Origin: Macrostomum hystrix
Taxonomy: Eukaryota > Animalia > Platyhelminthes
Direction of reading: 5' to 3'
Assembly: GCA_950097015.1 (NCBI GenBank)
Contig: CATNEN010000038.1
Span: 17,298,001 to 17,362,000 of the forward strand
Length of the DNA: 64,000 nt
The notes under the pieces were generated by a model. That model ran no database searches. It was not told the origin of the DNA and worked only from the letters and a program-made list of their open reading frames with translations. Every line of letters starts with the position of its first letter. Positions within the stretch are counted from its first letter, which is position 1. A program made the translations under genes and the position numbers. Below are positions 25,481 to 36,047 of this stretch, piece after piece.

Positions 25481-28400
25481 TGCTGACGCTGCTGTTGAGC
25501 AAGCTCGCTACTGTCGTCCTTTTTTGGAGTGGTATGAATAAAATCTAGACTTAAAAAAATTACGAGCGTATAATAAATATTTTTACACTACAATGTCTCA
25601 ACATCACCTCTCTCTTACATTAGCTCTTCACTGTGTCATCACTCGACAGTCTCATCTCTCCCCAATGTCTCGTCTCTTCCCTGTCTCATCTCTCCTTGTG
25701 TCTCATCTCTCCTTGTGTCTCATCTCCCCCGTGTCTCATCTCTTCCCGCGTCTCATCTCTCCCCGTGTCTCATCTCTCCCCAGTGTCTCATCTCTCCCCG
25801 TGTCTCATCTATCCCCGTGTCTCATCTCTCCCCGTGTCTCATCTATCCCCGTGTCTCATCTCTTCCCTTGTCTCATCTCTCCCCGTGTCTCATCTCTACC
25901 CGTGTCTCATCTCTCCCCAGTGTCTCATCTCTCCCCGTGTCTCATCTCTACCCGTGTCTCATCTCTCCCCAGTGTCTCATCTCTCCCCTGTCTCATCTCT
26001 CCGCAGTGTCGCATCTCTCCCCGTGTCTCATCTCCTCCGTATCTCATCTCTCCCCGTGTCTCATCTCTCCCCGTGTCTCATCTATCCCCGTGTCTCATCT
26101 CTTCCCTTGTCTCATCTCTCCCCGTGTCTCATCTCTACCCGTGTCTCATCTCTCCCCAGTGTCTCATCTCTCCCCTGTCTCATCTCTCCCCGTGTCTCAT
26201 CTCTCCCCGTGTCTCATCTCTCCCCGTGTCTCATCTCTTCCCTTGTCTCATCTCTCCCCGTGTCTCATCTCTCCCCAGTGTCTCATCTCTCCCCTGTCTC
26301 ATCTCTCGCCGTGTCTCATCTCCCTGTGTCTCATCTCTTGTATTTTCTTGTGTTTTTTTCTGCATTTATTTGAGGAAATCACTCTAAGAATTTCCTGTGT
26401 CCTCATCTTCTTCATTGTTAAATAATAGTTTACATTCGTACTCCTCCAGATCAGGCAATTCAAGTTTATTTAACTAATTTATAGCCAACTGGGGCTGCCC
26501 CAATCTCTGCCAAAAGCCTCTCCGCCTAAATATATAATTCAACAAACCAAAAAACACCGCATTAAACAAACTTTCCTAGCCAACAGCAAATTGTCTTCGT
26601 CGCTAGGCAAGCCAGAGCCCTTTGCAGTAAAGCCTGATTGGACGACATAACTGAGTTAGCGACTGGAAGGAAAAGCCAGTCCATTTCCTCCTTAGCCCTC
26701 TGACTGTTAAAGAATCACCGAACATTGTCCATTGAATCCGTCAGCCAAGTCTTCTCGAAATTGATCGATAAGTGAATAGAGAGACTAACAAATGAAAAAG
26801 TTTAGCTTCCGTGCTCTTCTGACCTTAAATCTCTTGTCCTTGTGTCTGTGTCCTTGTGTCTGTGTCCTTGTGTCTGTGTCCTTGTGTCTGTGTCCTTGTG
26901 TCTGTGTCCTTGTGTCTGTGTCCTTGTGTCTGTGTCCTTGTGTCTGTGTCCTTGTGTCTGTGTCCTTGTGTCTGTGTCCTTGTGTCTGTGTCCTTGTATC
27001 TGTGTCCTTGTGTCTGTGTCCTTGTGTCTGTGTCCTTGTGTCTGTGTCCTTGTGTCTGTGTCCATGTGTCTGTGTCCTTGAATCTCTCTGTCATTGTGTC
27101 TGTGACATTAAATCTCTGTGACCTTGTGTCTGTGACCTTGTGTCTGTGTCCTTGTGTCTGTGTCCTTGTGTCTGTGTCCTTGTGTCTGTGACCTTGTGTC
27201 TGTGTCCTTGTGTCTGTGTCCTTGTGTCTGTGTCCTTGTGTCTGTGTCCTTGTGTCTGTGTCCTTGTGTCTGTGTCCTTGTGTCTGTGACCTTGTGTCTG
27301 TGTCCTTGTGTCTGTGTCCATGTGTCTGTGTCCTTGAATCTCTCTGTCATTGTGTCTGTGACATTAAATCTCTGTGACCTTGTGTCTGTGACCTTGTGTC
27401 TTTGCTGTATTTGTCTCTTGATGTACTAGATTAGAATATTTATTTATGAGTTTCTTTAGCTAACCGTTAGCAATATAATACTCAAAATTCCTTCTCCTCG
27501 GTAAAAAATGCTTTTCTCCACCCGAAGGCATGCCTACTCACAATGAGCTTGCTGATCGAAGCATCTATTAGTTGACTGGTTTCTGTCAAGTCCATTATCT
27601 GCCAATCAAATCAGCCCTTACTTACACTTATATTTTAGTATGCAATTTGAAAGGCATTCTATATCTCTAATGCTTCAATCATTTAAAAGGAAGAATTCAC
27701 TTGAGTAGAACGCAAACCCACAAACAGCTCAGATTTCATCTGTCTGTCATTGTTCCGCTGGCCGAAATTTATTGTATTAGGCATTCTCCTTTTACTTCAT
27801 TTAGTTCTATTTTCTATGCATCTATCCATTCCCTACACCCTTCCTCCAATCCTCCCTGCACCCTTCCTCCAATCCCCCTGCACCCTTCCTCATATCCTCC
27901 ATGCAACCTTCCTCCCATCCCCTGCACCCTTCCTCCCATCCTCCCTGCACCCTTCCTCCAATCCTCCCTAAACCCTTCCTCCAATCCTCCCTGCACCCTT
28001 CCTCCAATCCTCCCTAAACCCTTCCTCCAATCCTCCCTAAACCCTTCCTCCAATCCTCCATGCACCCTTCCTCCAATCCTCCCTAAACCCTTCCTCCAAT
28101 CCTCCATGTACCCTTCCTCCAATCCTCCCTAAACCCTTCCTCCAATCCTCCCTGCACCCTTCCTCCAATCCTCCATGCACCCTTCCTCTAATCCTCCTTA
28201 AACCCTTCCTCCAATCCTCCCTAAACCCTTCCTCCAATCCTCCATGCACCCTTCCTCCAATCCTCCATGCACCCTTCCTCCAATCCTCCATGCACCCTTC
28301 CTCTAATCCTCCTTAAACCCTTCCTCCAATCCTCCATGCACCCTTCCTCCAATCCTCCATGCACCCTTCCTCTAATCCTCCCTATACCCTTCCTCTTACT

Positions 28401-31400
28401 CTCCGTGCACCCTTCCCTTCTTGCCCACCTAGCAGCAACGAATCCAACAGAGTTCACACAGTTTCTTGTCTCATGCAGCTACTCTGCAGACTGATAACTA
28501 ACGGTGAAGTGGAAGTGTAAAACGAAGAGATTCAGGTGATTGACAGGTTAACATATTGGTTGCCTGTTCTTCTACTAGGAGTTTAGCCGCCAAGTGTTGT
28601 AGCATAGCCAATAGAACCACAAACATGTCTCTTTGTACTTTAATCTGCGGGCACAATTTGCAATATATTTCATTTATAAGCTTTTTTATTGTTTTATTCG
28701 CTTAGTGAACTGCGGCTTGCGTCCAGTAGTGTGAAGGTGAAGCACACGACGAACTGTTGACGAGTCACGTCTCGCTTTATAAATGGAAAGAGTAATCTTT
28801 GCTAGAACTATGGCTTGTCATATGACTTGGGAAAGGGAAGCAGGTACGAAAAAAATGAATATTCTAAATCCTGGGCGTGTCACAACTCACCTGAAAGCCA
28901 CTACTCGTGGAGATACTCGACTTATGAATAGATGACCGACAGTCGACCTCCTCGCTTTGAATTCTCCACCAGCCTACCCATTCTCCCCCAGCCTGTCTCT
29001 TCTATCTTCTACCCTTTCTCCCCCAGACTCTCTCTTCAATATTCTACCCCTTCTCCCCCAGCCTTTCTCTTCTATCTCCTACCCTTTCTCCCCCAGCCTT
29101 TCTCCCCCAGCCTTTCTCTTCAATATTCTACCCTTTCTCCCCCAGCCTTTCTCCCCCAGCCTTTCTCCCCCCAGCCTTTCTCTTCTATCTTCTACCCTTT
29201 CTCCCCCCAGCCTTTCTCCCCCAGCCTTTCTTTTCTATCTTCTACCCTTTCTCCCCCCAGCCTTTCTCTTCAATATTCTACACTTTCTCCCCCAGCCTTT
29301 CTCCCCCAGCCTTTCTCTTCTATATTCTACCCATTCTGCCCCAGACTCTCTCTTCAATATTCTACCCATTCTCCCCCAGCCTTTCTCTTCTATCTTCTAC
29401 CCCTTCTCCCCCCAGCCTTTCTCTTCTATATTCTACCCATTCTCCCCCAGACTCTCTCTTCTATATTCTACCCTTTCTCCCCCCAGCCTTTCTCCCCTAG
29501 CCTTTCTCCCCTAGCCTTTCTCTTTCAATATTCTACCCTTTCTCCCCCAGACTCTCTCTTCAATATTCTACCCATTCTCCCCCAGACTCTCTCTTCAATA
29601 TTCTACCCTTTCTCCCCCATCCTTTCTCTTCTATATTCTACCCTTTCTCCCCCATCCTTTCTCTTCTATATTCAACCCTTTCTCCCCCAGCCTTTCTCCC
29701 CCAGCCTTTCTCCCCCAGCCTTTCTCTTCTATATTCTACCCATTCTCCCCCAGACTCTCTCTTCAATATTCTACCCTTTCTCCCCCAGCCTTTCTCTTCT
29801 ATATTCTACCCTTTCTCCCCCAGCCTTTCTCTTCTATATTCTACCCGTTCTCCCCCAGCCTTTCTCTTCTATATTATACCCATTCTCCCCCAGCCTTTCT
29901 CTTCTATCTTCTACCCTTTCTCCCCCAGCCTTTCTCCCCTAGCCTTTCTCCCCTAGCCTTTCTCTTTCAATATTCTAACCTTTCTCCCCCAGACTCTCTC
30001 TTCAATATTCTACCCTTTCTCCCCCAGACTCTCTCTTCAATATTCTACCCTTTCTCCCCCAGCCTTTCTCTTCAATATTCTACCCTTTCTCCCCCAGCCT
30101 TTCTCCCCTAGCCTTTCTCCCCCAGCCTTTCTCTTTCAATATTCTACCCATTCTGCCCCAGACTCTCTCTTCAATATTCTACCCTTTCTCCCCCAGCAGC
30201 CTTTCTCTTCTATGTTCTACCCTTTCTCCCCCAGCCTTTCTCTTCTATATTCTACCCTTTCTCCCCCAGCCTTTCTCTTCTATATTCTACCCTTTCTCCC
30301 CCAGCCTTTCTCTTCTATATTCTACCCATTCTCCCCCAGCCTTTCTCTTCTATCTTCTACCCTTTCTCCCCCCAGCCTTTCTCTTCAATATTCTACCCTT
30401 TCTCCCCCAGCCTTTCTCCCCTAGCCTTTCTCTTCTATGTCCTACCCGTTCTCCCCCAACATACCTCTTTTGTATTCTACCCTTTCTGCCCCAGCCTACC
30501 TTCCTCATCCTCATTATCTCTATCTAACCATCAGATTGGATTGCTAGTCTTAAAAATTGACCAACTCTTTTTTTCTACATAAAAAGCAACTTCGACAGCC
30601 CTGAGCTGTCAGATTTTATCCGACCTCTGGTTGTTAAAACTCCTCATCTTGACATTGTTGAGAGCGAATCGATGGATGGACATTGTCGTGAGGCGGATAA
30701 GTAAGTAAATCAACAGAGATCAAGGCAAGGTTGCAAAGGCGTTTTCAGTGTTTTTTAGTATCGCTAAAAATTAGCCACTGATGTAATAAATTCAAGTAAA
30801 TTCCAACAGCTTGCAGCCCAACGATCGTTAGTTCACATTTCAGTCTAAAACGGAAAGCAAATTTGTGTCTTTGAGCAAGACACCTCATTCCCTAGTCCTT
30901 CATTACACCCAGCTGTCCATGGACTGAACAGCTGTAAACAGCCATCGAAAGCGTCGCTCGCAATATCGAACAAGAATTAGTGTTCTCACCTGAGCAGCGT
31001 GCAGTTGAGTAATCCTATGAGCAGCGGTGGCAGCGGCTCGTTTCTTAAGCCGCTTGCGCAAAGCAAAATATATGCTGATGTACAATGATATAATTATCAC
31101 AGCCGGGATGTAGAAACTGCCCATGGCGCTAAACACTATGTAGCCTTTCTGCTCAGGGAGTCGACACTCTGGCGCGCTGTGCTCAGCCCTGCCAACTGTG
31201 CCATTGTTCTCACCGCCATTCGATTCCCGATCAGACGACGATTCTGTTTTCTTCCAACTTATAGCCGGCCCGACACTGATAAGTCCGCTGAGTACCACGA
31301 TTGAGCAGATCATGATGAGCACAGTTGATGTTGTCCTTTTACTAGCGTAGGTGATCGGATATTTGATAGCGCAGAATCTGTCAACAGCAATGGCAGCCAG

Positions 31401-31700
31401 GTTGAGAATGCTAGCGGTGCAGAAGAAAATATCCGACGTTGTAAACACAGCGCAGAGCATTGAGGGCAGCAGCCACTGGTCGTCAGTGACAAACATTTTG
31501 ACCTGCAGTGGCAGGACTAGCAGGCCAACAGCCAGATCAGCGCATGCCAGGCTGACTATTAGAAAATTCTGAGCTTGACGCAAAATTCGCGACATAAACA
31601 CGGCCAAGATTACTAGAATGTTGCCAATGATTGTCAGCGTTATGACAGCCGACATCAGACAGGCCGGTAGAATCTTGTCGGCGAGAATGCTACTCGTCAT
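25045..31700 (-). CDS. Class A biogenic amine GPCR, tyramine/octopamine receptor-like (~394 aa)
   Basis: Exon 31700-30990 (TM1-5: [28 protein letters not shown] with the TM3 Asp, [17 protein letters not shown]) and terminal exon 25518-25045 (polyQ loop, [43 protein letters not shown]). The phase-0 join uses the AAG acceptor at 25519-25521; additional loop exons are not excluded. Confidence 0.92.
25445..25484 (-). repeat. (CAG)n tract encoding polyglutamine in GPCR intracellular loop 3
   Basis: Run of TGC triplets on the + strand, in frame as Q on the - strand. Confidence 0.85.
25640..26340. repeat. Intronic minisatellite, ~17 bp unit GTGTCTCATCTCTCCCC
   Basis: Tandem array related to 7120-7645. 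Confidence 0.95.
26835..27400. repeat. Intronic minisatellite, 14 bp unit CCTTGTGTCTGTGT
   Basis: Tandem array; an interrupting block is duplicated ~256 bp apart. Confidence 0.95.
27830..28420. repeat. Intronic minisatellite, 23 bp unit CCCTTCCTCCAATCCTCCATGCA
   Basis: Tandem array. Confidence 0.95.
28969..30500. repeat. Intronic pyrimidine-rich compound minisatellite
   Basis: Mixed CCCCAGCCTTTCT / CTTCTATATTCTACCCTTTCT units, bounded by CCAGCCTACC at both ends. Confidence 0.95.
30830..30940 (+). mobile_element. Degenerate SINE-like element, family 2 (CORE-like segment)
   Basis: TGTGTCTTTGAGCAAGACACC resembles the conserved CORE segment of CORE-SINEs; followed by GTCCATGGACTGAACA, shared with three other sites. 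Confidence 0.5.
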
Positions 31701-32089
31701 TGAAGCTGAGAATTTCTAGTGTTTTTTTTCAAAATACAACTGCGGTACAAGAATCGGCAAGGTTGTGGTAATTTCTGTAGCTATATAAACACTTCTACCG
31801 GCGTTAACCAATCAGGTCAGCTTTAGTTTTGCAGATTTCTATCCTAAATCCCTTCTGTCTCTTTAGCTTGATGACTAGTCGATCGGGATCTGTTTTTTCA
31901 TTTGTTCTGCTCTATAATTTCCCATAATTTCCCATATTTCCCATCTGCAAGTGCGCGCCAATTTACCAGGAAACAGAGAGACAAGACCGCGCATAAATTT
32001 ATCATATAATCTGTTATTTTTAGTTTCTATCAGAGAACATTCACACATCAGTATGCTTATCTATCATTTCTTGTAAGTCATATCCTTCC

Positions 32090-32700
32090 TGTCTATCCGT
32101 TCTATCATTTCTTTCTATCCGTTCTATCATTTCTTTCTATCCGTTCTATCATTACTTTCTATCCGTTCTATCATTACTTTCTATCCGTTCTATCATTTCT
32201 TTCTATCCGTTCTATCATTACTTTCTATCCGTTCTATCATTACTTTCTATCCGTTCTATCATTACTTTCTATCCATTCTATCATTACTTTCTATCCGTTC
32301 TATCATTACTTTCTATCCGTTCTATCATTACTTTCTATCCGTTCTATCATTTCTTTCTATCCGTTCTATCATTTCTTTCTATCCGTTCTATCATTACTTT
32401 CTATCCGTTCTATCATTGCTTTCTATCCGTTCTAATATCTCTTTCTATCCGTTCTATCATTAATTTCTATCCGTTCTATCATTTCTTTCTATCCGTTCTA
32501 TCATTTCTTTCTATCCGTTCTATCATTACTTTCTATCCGTTCTATCATTACTTTCTATCCGTTCTATCATTTCTTTCTATCCGTTCTATCATTTCTTTCT
32601 ATCCGTTCTATCATTTCTTTCTATCCGTTCTATCATTACTTTCTATCCGTTCTATCATTACTTTCTATCCGTTCTATCATTTCTTTCTAACCGTTCTATG
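32090..32700. repeat. Minisatellite, 22 bp unit TTCTATCCGTTCTATCATTACT
   Basis: Tandem array. Confidence 0.95.
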
Positions 32701-32709
32701 ACCTCTCTC

Positions 32710-33105
32710 TATACCTGACACAATCCATACCTGACGCAATCCATACCTGACACAATCCATACCTGACACAGTCCATCCCTGACACAATACATACCTGACA
32801 CAATCCATCCATGACACAATCCGTACCTGACACAGTCCATCCATGACACAATCCATACCTGACACAGTCCATACCTGGCACAATCCATACCTGACACAGT
32901 CTATCCCTGACACAGTCTATCCCTGACACAGTCTATCCCTGACACAGTCTATCCCTGACAAAATCCATACCTGACACAATCCATACCTGACAAAATCCAT
33001 CCCTGACACAGTCTATCCCTGACACAGTCTATCCCTGACACAATCCATCCATGACACAATCCATACCTGACACAGTCTATCCCTGACACAGTCTATCCCT
33101 GACAG
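32710..33105. repeat. Minisatellite, 16 bp unit ATACCTGACACAATCC
   Basis: Tandem array directly abutting the previous one. Confidence 0.95.
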
Positions 33106-33619
33106 TCTCTAAACGGCCTCCGTGACAAAACACAGCACGTTTCCTAATTGTCATCTTATTTTGTTGTTACATTTTTTTAGCTCGAACAATCCTTTTTGTT
33201 AAAACAACGCCTAGGCCTTAACCCTTGTTTTCAAAAAATTTAATTTATTCTATTGATTTTCAGCCTGTTCAGGTGACCCGCAGAATCTCTGCTGATTAGA
33301 TTTAATCTCTTTTGGAGAAAAACAGGCTTAATCCTAATCCGGCAACACCTTTGGTTAAAGCCTCAAACGCAGCCAATTCTTCAACAATAAATATTGAAAG
33401 GCCATTCTGTTGAGCATTATACAATAAAACAAAAGAGGGAGCCATCATTATTCAGTCCTGGCAGTCGTGACTTGGTCATGCGCGTGACAATAGATTATTT
33501 CGTTTTGGCTTGATCGAAGTGACTGAATATTGGCCAACCAAACTCTTTTGAAGCAAGAAACAAATTAATTTTTTTTTATTTCTAGATTTCTTCAAAAACT
33601 AGCTGCAGCAGGAGGGGTA

Positions 33620-34205
33620 TAAGGCAGGGTAGGCAGGGTAGGCAAGGTAGATAGTATAGGCAGTGTAGATTGTGTAGGCAGGGCAGGCAGTGTAGGCAGG
33701 GTAGATAATGTAGGCAGGGTAGATAGTGTAGGCAGGGCAGGCAGTGTAGGCAAGGTAAATAGTGTAGGCAGGGTAGATAGTGTAGGCAGGGCAGGCAGTG
33801 TAGGAGGCAGGGTAGATAGTGTAGGCAGGGCAGGCAGTGTAGGAGGCAGGGTAGATAATGTAGGCAGGGCAGGCAGTGTAGGCAGGGTAGATAGTATAGG
33901 CAGGGTAGATAGTGTAGGCAGGGCAGGCAGTGTAGGCAGGGTAGATAGTGTAGGCAGGGTAGATAGTATAGGCAGGGTAGATAGTGTAGGCAGGGCAGGC
34001 AGTGTAGGCAGGGTAGATTGTATAGGCAGGGTAGATAGTATAGGCAGGGTAGATAGTATAGGCAGGGTAGATAGTGTAGGCAGGGTAGATAGTGTAGGCA
34101 GGGCAGGCAGTGTAGGCAGGGTAGATAGTGTAGGTAGGGTAGATAGTGTAGGCAGGGTAGGCAGTGTAGACTGGGTAGGCAGGGTAGGCAGTTTAGACCG
34201 GGTAG
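33620..34205. repeat. Minisatellite, 18 bp unit GTAGGCAGGGTAGATAGT
   Basis: Tandem array. Confidence 0.95.
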
Positions 34206-34874
34206 GCAACTTAGACAAGTCCACAATTAGTCCAGAGGTATTTAAAGTTATTTTAAAACTTCTCCTGTCGGTTCCTAGGATCGGTGGATTAGGCTTAAAG
34301 TACTCCCTAAAGCTCTATAGCTGTTTCCCAAATCTCTCACACTTCTCCTAACTCTGGTTTGCAAGTCAAAGTGGTTCTTTGACTGTCGGAATCGTTTGAC
34401 AGCTTCATTAATTGTTTCGTTATTTCACAATGGCGCTCTATAGTCCGCTGTTGGGAATCCACTATAGGGCGCAATGAAGCAGAGACGGAGATAGAGGGCC
34501 GCGAGGCGGCTGCGACCCAATCAGCGAAGCAGTCGTGCGAATATAACAGAAAGGCCTCGATACGGAGTGGCGTCCAATCGTGAAGTGTTTGATCATTTAG
34601 TCCTGGTCTGTTTAATCGTAAATAATTAAATAGATAAAAAGTTTTCTTTTAATATTTATTCGGCATTTTCTGCGTCGATAAACTATTTCCTAATTGGACG
34701 ATTAAATTTTTTCGGTGATTTCATACTAATTGCTTAGGAATTGCGCCAGATAAAATATAGTTTCCAATTATCTTTCGTTTATCATAGTAGAAACTAGCAA
34801 TTAATTCACCTCTCAAGAAGAAGAAAATTACGAGTACAAACAAAAAATAGCTTAATGAACTGAACCCTTAAATC

Positions 34875-35402
34875 AGATGTCACATCTCTAACAGGAAGAT
34901 GCCATTATCTCTAACAGGTAGATGTCATTATCTCTAACAGGTAGATGCCATTATCTCTAATAGGTAGATGTCATTATCTCTAACAGGTAGATGTCATTAT
35001 CTCTAACAGGTAGATGTCATTATCTCTAACAGGTAGATGTCATTATCTCTAACAGGTAGATGTCATTATCTCTAACAGGTAGATGTCATTATCTCTATAG
35101 TGTAGGCAGTGTAGTGTTATCTCTAACAGGTAGATGTCATTATCTCTAACAGGTAGATGTCATTATCTCTAACAGGTAGATGTCATTATCTCTAACAGGT
35201 AGATGTCATTATCTCTAACAGGTAGATGTCATTATCTCTAACAGGTAGATGTCATTATCTCTAACAGGTAGATGTCATTATCTCTAACAGGTAGATGTCA
35301 TTATCTCTAACAGGTAGATGTCATTATTTCTAACATGTAGATGTCATTATCTCTAACAGGTAGATGTCATTATTTCTAACATGTAGATGTCATTATTTCT
35401 AA
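34875..35402. repeat. Minisatellite, 23 bp unit CTCTAACAGGTAGATGTCATTAT
   Basis: Tandem array with one foreign insert at ~35097-35114. Confidence 0.95.
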
Positions 35403-36047
35403 AATTCTAAAGAAACAAAGTTATTAAACATTATTATTGTACTCGTGCGCATTGGTTATAGCATTTACCTACTGTACTTTTTGTATTTTATTCAAGGGGA
35501 AATAGATATAGCTTCTAATCCCGAGGAAAAACAGGTTTTGTGTGCAGGAAAGAAGGAAAATGCGCAACATACTCTACTGACAGTGAGTAAGTAGTGTGGC
35601 GCAGAGCAGAATGTTGATGTTAGAAAATAAATTAACACTGGTTTAGAACGACCAGAGCTAAAGTTAACTGAAGTATCAGTATTTACAGAAATAAAACATT
35701 TACTCAGCAAAACAAATGAATTTCGTATTAGATAGCATTTTGCTGAGTAAATTTGAAAATCAATACAAAAATTGTTTTTAAGGTGTCGAAAGGTAAAAAT
35801 TTCAAGGAAATCGTTTCATGCGGCTTATTTTCTAAAATCTAATTTGATAACTATTTTATAGAAAATTCATAACTAATATTGCGTTCAGTTAAAAAACGCG
35901 AAAATGGTACTGCAGATAAACAAACAAAAAAGCAAAAAACTTAAAGAGAAAACAAGAAAATAAGCATGATTCCATAATTGAATTTCTGTTTTTCATTTTC
36001 CCGAAGCAACCACCCTGATTCGCCGCTAGACCAGAGGAAACAGATTT

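Noticed and set aside
28891-28960. Extra GPCR loop exon ending at CAG|GTGAGT
   Set aside because: Good donor but no credible acceptor or compatible phase; the two-exon model already closes in frame.
34460-34471. CACTATAGGGCG resembling the T7 promoter end
   Set aside because: The upstream TAATACGACT is missing; no vector context.
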